Source: Candidatus Poribacteria bacterium
GTDB lineage: Bacteria > Poribacteria > WGA-4E > WGA-3G
Assembly (NCBI GenBank): GCA_964291315.2
Contig: OZ219752.1
Location: 32,001 to 96,000, forward strand
Length of the DNA stretch: 64,000 nucleotides
Direction: 5' to 3'
Under the pieces are notes generated by a model, which ran no database searches, was not told where the DNA came from, and saw nothing but the letters and a program-made list of their open reading frames with translations. Of the stretch, positions 1-8,201 are shown one piece after another. How positions within the stretch are numbered: the first letter of the stretch is position 1; every line of letters starts with the position of its first letter. The position numbers were made by a program, and so were the translations under genes.

Positions 1-979
1 AGCTCTGCACCGAGTGGTTGACATCCGCCCACGATATCTCCCCAGCACTATAGGCATCTCTCAAGCCGCACAACCGCCGCCGTGCACGTCTCACCGAAGA
101 CGGGCGGAGCCGACGATGCGTCGGGAAAACCTGATACCCCAAAAAATCTGTCCCCGCTTTCACCGGAAACACTTGGCACTTGTGCTTATGGAGCTTCAAC
201 CGCAGCTGAGACAGGTAGGCGGCCATCTCCGCTTTTACCCAATGGAGCCGCGCCTTGTCTCTATCAAGCACCACAAAATCGTCTACATAACGGATATAGT
301 AGCGACACTTCAAGTCTTCTTTGACAAAATGGTCGAACCCGTTGAGATGGATATTCGCGAAAAACTGGCTCGTCAAGTTACCGATCGGGATGCCGCGGTT
401 TCTATGGAGCGAGGTCAGCAGATCATCGCCTTCAAAGTATTCACGCACCGGCTCTTGCGGGTTGCTCCGGTCGACAATCAGATCCATCAACGCTAACACT
501 TTTGGGTCCCGGATCTTTCGGCGGAAGCGCGACTTGAGGATGCCGTGGTCAATAGAGGGAAAATACTTCTTGATGTCGCACTTCAGCACATACGTATTCT
601 TACGACTGAACGCAGTGAACCGGTCCACCGCCTTATGCGTTCCCTTGCCCTTTCGGCAGGCATAGGTATCGAAGATGAACGTCCGGTCGAAGAGCGGCTC
701 GATCACATTACACAAGGCGTGATGCACCACCCTATCACGATACGGGGCAGCACTGATCTTGCGAGGTTTCGGCTCGTAGATAGAGAACTCCCGATATTCA
801 CCGGGGCGATACGTCTGTGTTTGCAGCTCCTCTTGGAGCTGATACAGCTCTTTTTCCAAGTGGAAGTTGAAGCGGGCGATGTCCGCCCGAAAACGTTTGC
901 CACGTTGCGCCTTCTGAGCCGCCTCGTAGAGGTTCAGATAAGAGCAGATTTTTTCAAAGAGTCGGTTGTGCGTTTTCAT
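1..979 (-). CDS. DGR-type reverse transcriptase (3' end beyond the window)
   Basis: Manual translation from ATG at 979: [29 protein letters not shown]...[19 protein letters not shown]...[12 protein letters not shown]...[14 protein letters not shown]...[17 protein letters not shown]...[11 protein letters not shown] (YVDD at 278-289)...DFLGY...[14 protein letters not shown]. The frame is open to the window edge and the start overlaps the avd stop (ATGA). Confidence 0.95.
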   Translation of the reverse strand, partial: MKTHNRLFEKICSYLNLYEAAQKAQRGKRFRADIARFNFHLEKELYQLQEELQTQTYRPGEYREFSIYEPKPRKISAAPYRDRVVHHALCNVIEPLFDRTFIFDTYACRKGKGTHKAVDRFTAFSRKNTYVLKCDIKKYFPSIDHGILKSRFRRKIRDPKVLALMDLIVDRSNPQEPVREYFEGDDLLTSLHRNRGIPIGNLTSQFFANIHLNGFDHFVKEDLKCRYYIRYVDDFVVLDRDKARLHWVKAEMAAYLSQLRLKLHKHKCQVFPVKAGTDFLGYQVFPTHRRLRPSSVRRARRRLCGLRDAYSAGEISWADVNHSVQS

Positions 980-1323
980 GATGCAGTAGATTGGCTGCGT
1001 ATCCAGCCTCCTATCAGTTTGCCGACTTCATTGACCTCTTGAGAGATGTAGGCATACTGTTTTGTAGAGAGGAGATTGAAGTCATGAGATAAACGGATGA
1101 GATACCGGAGTTTCTCCAACTGCACGTTGGCTCTCTGAAGTAAATGTAACCGTTTTCGCGTATAGGTGGCTTCGATGAGCACGTCGAGGGTGTCCAAGGC
1201 GAGAGTGATGGTTCTATCGCCGAGGGTGAACTTTTGGGAGCGCGGAAATCTTTCGACGCGTCCGAGGAGCCACATAATCACATCGTAGAGTTTAGGGACG
1301 GCTTGAACTGTGGAAGCTGGCAT
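976..1323 (-). CDS. avd: Accessory variability determinant (Avd/bAvd-like four-helix bundle)
   Basis: 115 aa basic helical protein with [12 protein letters not shown]...[13 protein letters not shown]...EVGKLIGGW, immediately upstream of the RT. Confidence 0.9.
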   Translation of the reverse strand: MPASTVQAVPKLYDVIMWLLGRVERFPRSQKFTLGDRTITLALDTLDVLIEATYTRKRLHLLQRANVQLEKLRYLIRLSHDFNLLSTKQYAYISQEVNEVGKLIGGWIRSQSTAS

Positions 1324-1380
1324 TTTGAGAATCTATTCAATCGGTAATTATCAGTTAAGTAAAGTGTTGGTTTTGGGCCG

Positions 1381-1405
1381 CCCACGCCTGCATAGCAGGC
1401 GTGGG
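1381..1405. other. Perfect hairpin/cruciform downstream of the VR (candidate DGR homing element)
   Basis: CCCACGCCTGC-ATA-GCAGGCGTGGG: 11-bp stem and 3-nt loop, 25 nt after the target stop codon. Confidence 0.8.
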
Positions 1406-1430
1406 GTATAATATGTTAAGTAGTAAAGAC

Positions 1431-2822
1431 TCAGGGCGATACAGACCTCGCACAACGAAAACCGAGGAAGCTGTTCGCGCCCGCCGGCGAATAGCCGTTG
1501 CGGTAGGCGACCCGCACGGACTGAGCCGTAGCGCGCCAGGAGCCGCCACGCTCCACGCGGGATGACTTTATTTGTGTATAGTTATCTAATATCAGGTCTA
1601 CATTGGATAGCGTGTTCACGTCTGACAACGGATTGCGAGAAGGCGAACTAAAATAGTAGTCCTTGTTATACGCATCCAGACACCACTCCCAGACATTCCC
1701 CGCCATATCATACAGACCATACCCATTCGCAGCATACGCACCCACTGCCGTCGTATCATTGACATTTCCGCCGTAGTTCGCCTGTGTGCTGCTAATCGTG
1801 TTTCCCCACGGATACTTTAGCCCCGACTTGCCGCCGCGTGCAGCTTTCTCCCACTCCGCCTCCGTCGGCAGCCGTTTGCCCTTCCATTTCGCATACCCCA
1901 CCGCAGCATACCAACTCACATACACCACGGGATGGTTCGCCTTGCCCGCAGGATAGTTGTTGTCATCATCCCAACGAGATAGGTAGGTTCCATTGTGCAA
2001 GTTGTCCGGAATACGGCTCTTCTGCCACTGCGGGTTCGCCAACACAAAACGCTTGAAGTCCAAATTCGTCACTTCATGCATGTCCATATAAAACGCATCC
2101 ACGTAGACAGTATGAACGGGCTGCTCATCCGTGCCAGATTCCGCATCGTTGCTGCCCATCTGAAACTCACCCGCAGGGATCAATACCATGCCCTCGGGCG
2201 GAGGTGGATCCGGCGGAGTGACAATAGGCACAGTAGTGGTAGTAGGGGTAGTAGTAGGGGGAGGCGTACCATCAGAACCACCACCATTGCCAGCAACAGG
2301 CGGATCCACAACAGTGCCAGTGTCCGGCGCCTCCGGCACTGCAGATACCCAACTAGACGTGATAGTCACTACAGAACGACCCGGATACTTCATAAAACCA
2401 TCCTCGCGAACAAAACCAGCACGAGGACGATTCACATAACTCAAATCAGACAACTTCACAGCCGCACTCAGCTCATCCGAGACTATCATAAACGAACGAA
2501 GCGGATGAATCCAAAAATCAAACGTCAACGTGCCACTCTTCGGTTTTATCGCCTCACCCGAACGCGAGATATGGAAGTAGATGCTGTTATCTGACCACGA
2601 ATAAAACTTACGCGTCTCACCCGGCGACAGACGATAATACCCGCGCGTCCGAAACCCGCTCGGAATGCCCGCCTTCGCAGGCCGCCACGTCGAATGGATC
2701 ACATACAAACTCTCATTGGTCTGATTCGTTACAGGGTTCGCCTTCCATTGCGCCGCTGCTAACTGAGCAACCGAAAACATCAGCACCGCAACAGTTAACA
2801 GAACAAACATTGTCCTTCTCAT
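1431..2822 (-). CDS. Secreted DGR target protein: signal peptide, N-terminal beta domain (DUF1036-like, tentative), Pro/Thr linker, FGE-sulfatase/CLec-fold domain
   Basis: Motifs MVLIPAGEFQMG, HPVVYVSW, RLPTEAEWEKAARGG, NGYGLYDMAGNVWEWC and RGGSW...GFRCAR. Confidence 0.92.
   Translation of the reverse strand: MRRTMFVLLTVAVLMFSVAQLAAAQWKANPVTNQTNESLYVIHSTWRPAKAGIPSGFRTRGYYRLSPGETRKFYSWSDNSIYFHISRSGEAIKPKSGTLTFDFWIHPLRSFMIVSDELSAAVKLSDLSYVNRPRAGFVREDGFMKYPGRSVVTITSSWVSAVPEAPDTGTVVDPPVAGNGGGSDGTPPPTTTPTTTTVPIVTPPDPPPPEGMVLIPAGEFQMGSNDAESGTDEQPVHTVYVDAFYMDMHEVTNLDFKRFVLANPQWQKSRIPDNLHNGTYLSRWDDDNNYPAGKANHPVVYVSWYAAVGYAKWKGKRLPTEAEWEKAARGGKSGLKYPWGNTISSTQANYGGNVNDTTAVGAYAANGYGLYDMAGNVWEWCLDAYNKDYYFSSPSRNPLSDVNTLSNVDLILDNYTQIKSSRVERGGSWRATAQSVRVAYRNGYSPAGANSFLGFRCARSVSP
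1446..1560 (-). other. Putative DGR variable region (VR) and IMH
   Basis: C-terminal RGGSW...GFRC segment whose variable codons (CGC GCT, TCC, TAC, AAC GGC TAT, GGC, AAC AGC TTC) end in C/T, as expected for codons derived from AAC/AAT. Confidence 0.75.
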
Positions 2823-2857
2823 TTCAATTCTCCTTTATTCTTTAGGTTTAATATACG

Positions 2858-2971
2858 GCACAACCTAACAGGGTAGGCTACAAGTAAATCCTTTGTGTGC
2901 TTGTAGCATAGACTGACAGTCTGTGCCTCTTTTTAATATGATACAATGCACAACCTAATAGGTTATGCTAC
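2858..2971. repeat. Three 24-bp GTAG-type REP-like imperfect palindromes
   Basis: 2858-2881 (-), 2903-2926 (+, GTAGCATAGACTGACAGTCTGTGC) and 2948-2971 (-, GTAGCATAACCTATTAGGTTGTGC), spaced 45 bp apart. Confidence 0.7.
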
Positions 2972-2977
2972 AGCTGA

Positions 2978-3541
2978 TTACTTCACTATTAACATTTTAC
3001 GCGTCGCACGGAAAGAACCCGCCTCAAGCGTATAGAAATAGACACCGCTCGAAACCCGCTCGCCCGAATCGTTGCGACCGTCCCAATACACCGACCGAGA
3101 CTTGCTACGGTAAACACCGGGCACCTGATGCCCTAAGCCCAACGTCCGTACCAGGCTGCCATCCGTTGAATAGATGGATACACTGACCTCAGCAGCCTCG
3201 GACAGCTCATACGGAATCCACGTCTCTGGGTTGAACGGGTTCGGGTAGTTCGGCAGCAATGCTGATTGCCGCGGTGCCGCTATGTTTTTCTCAGACAGCA
3301 AACGCGCACTCCTTTCCAATGCGGCTTGTCTGGCGCGCACAACGGCGGGCTCCGATTCGCCCGGTTCAGTCGGCATCGCATCGGGTTCAATGATAAGCCG
3401 CAGGTCTACTTCTACTTGCAGTGTAGCCGAGGGGTTCTCAGCGGGCGATTGTGCCTTGCTCCAGGCGTGCAGGGCGTAGCCGCAGGCGCCGATAGCGAGC
3501 AGGGCAATCATCAGTTTCGGGATTGTCACATACGTTTTCAT
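2978..3541 (-). CDS. Secreted protein with FlgD Ig-like/T9SS-type C-terminal domain
   Basis: LLPNYPNPFNPETWIPY...YWDGRNDSGERVSSGVYFYTL. Start moved to MKTYV (3541), which follows an AAGGAG RBS. Confidence 0.8.
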   Translation of the reverse strand: MKTYVTIPKLMIALLAIGACGYALHAWSKAQSPAENPSATLQVEVDLRLIIEPDAMPTEPGESEPAVVRARQAALERSARLLSEKNIAAPRQSALLPNYPNPFNPETWIPYELSEAAEVSVSIYSTDGSLVRTLGLGHQVPGVYRSKSRSVYWDGRNDSGERVSSGVYFYTLEAGSFRATRKMLIVK

Positions 3542-3751
3542 CGGAAAATACTCCTTTTTTGTATAGGCAGGGATGTTTGTCTGACTCAATTGCGGATGAC
3601 CGCAGATGTCCTGAAGCTCCCTGCCAGTAGCGGCATCAGGACAATACGTTTTGGTGCCCCCGGGTGAGGCGGATATAATCACATCCAACCGACATATCTA
3701 ATACCCGCTACATTCCCACTTGTATGGGCATGTTTTTTTATTCTCTTGGAA

Positions 3752-4297
3752 TCATACTAAAGGCCTTCGAGACCAAAAGCCGTTACGCCCCCGCGTGTCG
3801 ATATGGACATAAGTGGCATAGCGACCAATCCCGCCATTGAATTGAAATTCGCAACCGCCGTTATTTTCACGCTCGTTCAGAGGCATATATGGAACGTTAC
3901 CAGCTGGGACCTCAACTCGAGTGCGATTGCACTCAATAGCGACTGGAGATGTGAACCATTGACCTTGCCATTGTCTTAAAATCTCACATGTTCTTTCCGA
4001 GGAAACTCCCTCGGCGCAAAAGTCGGCAGCAGAAAATGCTTGATGCTGGCTACGGGGACGTCCTTTTTTTAGATGATTGTAAGCTGGAGCTCGGTACACT
4101 GAAGTCAGGTGAATCGGCACATCGAGATCGGCGCGCAGCCGATCCAGAATGAGAATCGTCGGAACAATATTTCCCCACATATTGCGTGGGGGAATTTCAT
4201 TCAGTTCTTCTCCAGTTCCGATTAGCAATTCATTTGCTTGAAAGTGCTGCAGTTCAAGCGTGGCAATAAAGTTATTAAAATCATTAAAATCATTCAT
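3752..4297 (-). CDS. Peptidase M15A family (D-Ala-D-Ala carboxypeptidase/YcbK-like)
   Basis: TSVYR...YN...SQH...AADF and GIGRY...VHIDTRG zinc-ligand motifs. Confidence 0.8.
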   Translation of the reverse strand: MNDFNDFNNFIATLELQHFQANELLIGTGEELNEIPPRNMWGNIVPTILILDRLRADLDVPIHLTSVYRAPAYNHLKKGRPRSQHQAFSAADFCAEGVSSERTCEILRQWQGQWFTSPVAIECNRTRVEVPAGNVPYMPLNERENNGGCEFQFNGGIGRYATYVHIDTRGRNGFWSRRPLV

Positions 4298-4336
4298 AGA
4301 GAGGTATCATCCTGCTGTTATTTTTCTTAAGATTAA

Positions 4337-4942
4337 TTATTTGGCATCAGTAGATTCTCTGCCAATAGGTGTCTCATCACTGTTAATGTTGTCACCGCTG
4401 CTATTAGCGTTCTTTTTAGGCATAACACTGCCATTTCGTTGGGTCATCGTTTTCGTCAGGGTATCTAGGCTAAAATTGGCAGTGAAACTGAAAAAAATCC
4501 CGGGTCTTAGCTGCCCCACATTCCTGACAATCCCCCCTAAGGTGTAGGCTAATGTGTATTTCTCGGATCTAAAGAGGAGACTGGGCCCGATCGTCACTTG
4601 CAGGTTTTCGGTGAGATTTGGCCCGCTGAGCCCCACGCCGCCGCTCAGGGCGAAACCTGCCATAACGCCCTTGTTGCGGAGAAGGGGCCAGGTCAACAAC
4701 GGAACATGCGCCAATCCGCCGGGATACTGTACGTCATCCCATTTCTTGTCCTCATGCCGCACCTTACTGAGAAAAACACCTGTTGTGAATAGGATACCGC
4801 TTAATTCTGTTCCAGATATTTTTCCCGCCTCTGTTTTCTCATCGACCTTTTTCTCTTCCAGAGCGATAGCTCCGGGGTGAAAGTTCGGCAAACAACAGAC
4901 AATGCCTAATAGGATAACGATTTTCGCCGGAAGTTTCGTCAT
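4337..4942 (-). CDS. Hypothetical exported/membrane protein
   Basis: Signal-like N-terminus and alternating beta-strand pattern. ATG at 4942 follows AAGGAG. Confidence 0.55.
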   Translation of the reverse strand: MTKLPAKIVILLGIVCCLPNFHPGAIALEEKKVDEKTEAGKISGTELSGILFTTGVFLSKVRHEDKKWDDVQYPGGLAHVPLLTWPLLRNKGVMAGFALSGGVGLSGPNLTENLQVTIGPSLLFRSEKYTLAYTLGGIVRNVGQLRPGIFFSFTANFSLDTLTKTMTQRNGSVMPKKNANSSGDNINSDETPIGRESTDAK

Positions 4943-5524
4943 GTTATAACTCCTTCTAAGTTGTGAGACCAAGGACCTCACTTGTAGCAGTATCGTAATG
5001 TCCTTGTCTTCAGGACCTGCTAAATCTGCGTAAGTCCCATTATTGATATGCTATTCACAGTTTGCATCTTACCTTAGATTTTGTGCATCTACCAGCAATC
5101 AACAAGAACGAGAAGGCTATGTCCAAATCATGCCCGGGATCCGGTAGTACATTATTCATTTCATACTCCTTATTTTTTACGGTTAACGATCACAGTGATT
5201 ATCCCGACGCAACAACAAAAATAGCCTGCAACGTGCAAGGCACGAGCAGGCGCAAAAAAACCACGACAGCAGCAAACGCCGACGCAGCTTGGTGAACAAA
5301 TATATAAACTAAAACACTTAACTTATGTAGATATGGGGGGGGTAAGTGAATGTTAACTCAAAGTTAACATTACAACACAGATCAACGAAACGCACGCAGC
5401 ACACACGTCGCAGAAGAACAACCGACGCGCATCTACTCATGTCCATGTCTATATGAAAGCTTCCCATCGTTCCTACCCCTATATCAAATACCGAAATTAT
5501 TGATAAACCAATTACACAATATTA

Positions 5525-5553
5525 ATTATACACCTATTTCGATGTTCTGTCAA
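5525..5553 (-). promoter_or_regulatory. Consensus sigma70 promoter, copy 1
   Basis: TTGACA-GAACATCGAAATAGGTG-TATAAT, 17-bp spacer. Confidence 0.8.
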
Positions 5554-5561
5554 ATTAATTA

Positions 5562-5590
5562 ATTATACCCCTATTTCAGTCTTTTGTCAA
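5562..5590 (-). promoter_or_regulatory. Consensus sigma70 promoter, copy 2
   Basis: TTGACA-AAAGACTGAAATAGGGG-TATAAT, 17-bp spacer. Confidence 0.8.
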
Positions 5591-5690
5591 CTTTTTTCAA
5601 AATAAATATCAAGTTTGCGTTCCATATGCGTTCCGTATATGATGATTTTCTAGTTTTTAGTTGCTTTATTTTAGCGACTGCCTCTGCCGG

Positions 5691-6098
5691 TTATGGTTGG
5701 ACGATCCGTTGTTGCTTGAGGGTCTCTATATCTGCTGCCAGTGCCTCAATCTGCTTTTCGAAGATACGTTCTTTTCTCATGCGCCACATCATGATCACCT
5801 GTGGCAGCCCTATGACAACCCCTATTATTACCATCAGCCACGTCATCATTTTTTCTATACCACCGATGCGCGCTTCTACACCGTCTATGCGTCCATTTAC
5901 AGCGTCTATGCGTCCATTGAGGGCAGCGACTTGAGTCTTTAGGGTCAAGATGTCGGCTCTTATCGGCTTCAGCTCCGCGTTGAGCTCCTCTTTGATGATC
6001 AACCGGATCTTATTCAGATCAGCATCCGTTAACTCACAGAACACAGGCGAGGCAAGCACAAAAAAGAACACACAGATTACAAATACCTTTTCCATCAC
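5691..6098 (-). CDS. Small coiled-coil membrane protein
   Basis: Signal peptide, heptad repeats NGRIDAV/NGRIDGV/EARIGGI, and one TM segment. Confidence 0.75.
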   Translation of the reverse strand: MMEKVFVICVFFFVLASPVFCELTDADLNKIRLIIKEELNAELKPIRADILTLKTQVAALNGRIDAVNGRIDGVEARIGGIEKMMTWLMVIIGVVIGLPQVIMMWRMRKERIFEKQIEALAADIETLKQQRIVQP

Positions 6099-6235
6099 GC
6101 ACTCCTCCGGCGAATATTTTTGGTTATCTGTGCCTCTGAAACGCTTGCAATATAAGCCGTCCGACTATGCAAAAGCTCTCTATCCAACAAAGAACATATC
6201 AATAATTATCAAGCACACATTTTAATACAATATTA

Positions 6236-6264
6236 ATTATACATCTATTTCGATGTTCTGTCAA
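6236..6264 (-). promoter_or_regulatory. Consensus sigma70 promoter, copy 3
   Basis: TTGACA-GAACATCGAAATAGATG-TATAAT; one mismatch to copy 1. Confidence 0.8.
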
Positions 6265-6474
6265 CTTTTTTCAAAAAAAGTCGAACCGCCTATCGAGAGG
6301 ATAGCAAATATTATACTCGTAATTTGATTTGTGGAATGCTGCCACATCGGACCTGGGGGGTGTCCTCTCCGCAGAGGACATCCCTGGTGCGATGCGATAG
6401 ATTCTCTATCGCCCAATGTCCCATGTCGGCATCGGGGCGTTCTTGTAGGTATGCAGAGAAATTTGGAAATTAAA

Positions 6475-6720
6475 TCAATTGCTTTTTTTTGCGTCTGCCG
6501 ACAGCGAATTCGCGGTTGCCTCAGTCGAAGTACTTTGCGTGGCTTCCTTAGTAATTGTAGCGTATTGCGGTCTCCTTTTAGAGGGCTGTGTTTGATGTAC
6601 CTTCGGTCGCGGTCGAAACTGCGGAATTCGGTTTGGCGGTTCATAAGCGCCGTGTATCGGGCGCTGTCCTACCGAATAATCAACGGTATCTCTTTCGGCT
6701 TCAACGGGTTGGACTTTCAT
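6475..6720 (-). CDS. Small hypothetical protein (81 aa, low complexity)
   Basis: ATG at 6720 overlaps the upstream stop (ATGA), suggesting translational coupling. Confidence 0.45.
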   Translation of the reverse strand: MKVQPVEAERDTVDYSVGQRPIHGAYEPPNRIPQFRPRPKVHQTQPSKRRPQYATITKEATQSTSTEATANSLSADAKKSN

Positions 6721-7247
6721 AAAATCATATCTCCCATTTGCTGGTTCAGCTTGTCTTGGACTTTCCTGCGGTGTCGGTGCGTCAAAAGAAAATCGTCCTT
6801 TAGCATCTGCGAACCGACCAAATACCACTCGCGATACTGTTCAAATGTAATCTTGAAGGGTTCTAGTGGAAAATCTGGATTGACTTCCATTTCATAGATG
6901 AATCGTTCTAAATTGAGACGTAAACTCTTAAAATATTGCGCGTTGTGGCTCAAATCAGATATGCGATCCGAAATTTTAAGGATGACATGCAGCAGGCCTA
7001 AGAGTGCAGCGCATCCTGCTATAGCGAGCCACACCATTTTTCCAGTCGGTGATCCCCATAACATCCATCCGACCATAACTGAAGCAATTGTCGTGACAGT
7101 CACGATGTTTTTGATAAACCCGTCTATCGGTCTCCATTTGTGGAGTACGGAGGTCATAAGACTTTCAGCGTAAGCGATACGGTAGAAGGTTTCAAGTGTT
7201 GTCTGCCACAAGAGGTCTTTCTGATATTTTTCAACATTTCGATCCAT
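6717..7247 (-). CDS. 2TM protein, SLATT-like
   Basis: N-terminal helix, two TM helices (NIVTVTTIASVMVGWMLW; MVWLAIAGCAALLGLLHVIL) and a helical C-terminus; GGAG RBS. Confidence 0.6.
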   Translation of the reverse strand: MDRNVEKYQKDLLWQTTLETFYRIAYAESLMTSVLHKWRPIDGFIKNIVTVTTIASVMVGWMLWGSPTGKMVWLAIAGCAALLGLLHVILKISDRISDLSHNAQYFKSLRLNLERFIYEMEVNPDFPLEPFKITFEQYREWYLVGSQMLKDDFLLTHRHRRKVQDKLNQQMGDMIL

Positions 7248-7475
7248 AAGCGGAGCTCCTTACACGCCGGCATAGAAAGAAGGGCGTGAACTTTCGATTA
7301 GACTCTATTAAGATTCAAGTACCTTACATGAGAATCTAACGTAAGAATTGAAATTGAGTGACAAATTCTTTTCCGTGAAGGTATAGAATTTATAATTACG
7401 AATTACTTGATAAGGCCCCGGGAGTCTGTTACACGCGATGCAGCTTTAGGTTCAGCGTAGCAACTACAAAGATTA

Positions 7476-8156
7476 TCAACTCAACGTTTCAGTCCATTCG
7501 TTGACAACGCGTGCCATCTCTACAAAAACGTCTTCTGTAGATTTACGTGAGCGTTTGAGAATTTTGAACCCGTGGTCTGCTGTGTCCAATAGATGTAAGG
7601 TCGCTTTGCCGCTGAGTTTTTCGCAGACCGGCTTTAATAGATCAAGGACTGCCAATTTATCCCGAGTTCCTGACAGGAATAGCATCGGCACAGTAACATC
7701 GGTGAGGTGCTGCGCCCGTTCTGTGCCCTCTCTCCCGGCAGGACGCAACGGAAATGCAAAAAATACGAGCCCTTTGACGTGCTCAATCGGTGCCTGTGCC
7801 GCGGACATTGAGGACATACGTCCACTATAGGAATGTCCACCGATGAGGATAGATAAATCGCCAGCGGTTTTATGTGCAGCGGCAGCAGCAGATCGAACAG
7901 TTTGGAGTGCAACTGCCTCCGATTCCCTACCGCCGCCACCGCGCTCCATGTAGGGAAACTGGTAACGGAACGTTGCAATGCCTCTATCTGCTAATCGTTC
8001 TGCGATGGTTTGGAGGGTTAAGTGGCGCATGTTCGTGCTTGCGCCATGCCCGAGGACAAGCAGCCATTTCGCGTTATCGGGTCGCATCAATATGGCGGAA
8101 ACTTCTCCCTTTTCTGCGGTTGCGATGAATTTAGATTCGATCGTTTCGTAACTCAT
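7476..8156 (-). CDS. Alpha/beta hydrolase (KANL3/Tex30-like)
   Basis: HGA, GGHSYSGR nucleophile elbow, GTRD and DH motifs. Confidence 0.85.
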   Translation of the reverse strand: MSYETIESKFIATAEKGEVSAILMRPDNAKWLLVLGHGASTNMRHLTLQTIAERLADRGIATFRYQFPYMERGGGGRESEAVALQTVRSAAAAAHKTAGDLSILIGGHSYSGRMSSMSAAQAPIEHVKGLVFFAFPLRPAGREGTERAQHLTDVTVPMLFLSGTRDKLAVLDLLKPVCEKLSGKATLHLLDTADHGFKILKRSRKSTEDVFVEMARVVNEWTETLS

Positions 8157-8201
8157 TTTTTATACCTTTGTTTAAAATAATATTAACGGATCCATTGAGA
8201 T

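Larger units (their letters stand above)
1..2822 (-). mobile_element. Diversity-generating retroelement cassette (target gene, hairpin, avd, RT); template repeat not in window
   Basis: Co-oriented CLec/FGE-sulfatase-fold target, GC-rich hairpin, Avd-like ORF and an RT with the DGR-type SQ motif. Confidence 0.92.

Noticed and set aside
1-60. Possible frameshift near the RT 3' end
   Set aside because: A recount shows the frame is intact ([18 protein letters not shown]).
14-1042. Plus-strand ORFs 14-496, 82-324, 321-665 and 545-1042
   Set aside because: They are antisense shadows of the minus-strand RT and avd genes.
1324-1430. Target-avd spacer as the DGR template repeat
   Set aside because: It has no similarity to the VR and contains only the hairpin and AT-rich sequence.
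1995-2594. Arg/His-rich plus-strand ORFs over the DGR target
   Set aside because: They are a by-product of the G/T-skewed codon usage of the minus-strand gene.
2858-2971. Regularly spaced repeats here and at 32771-32867 as CRISPR arrays
   Set aside because: Only three degenerate units each, spacers of 12-21 bp, mixed orientation in the first cluster, and no cas genes.
5200-5450. A/C-rich plus-strand tract with AAC triplets as a possible TR
   Set aside because: It does not align to either FGE-gene C-terminus and lacks the GGCGGCTCCTGG and GGTTTTCG anchors.
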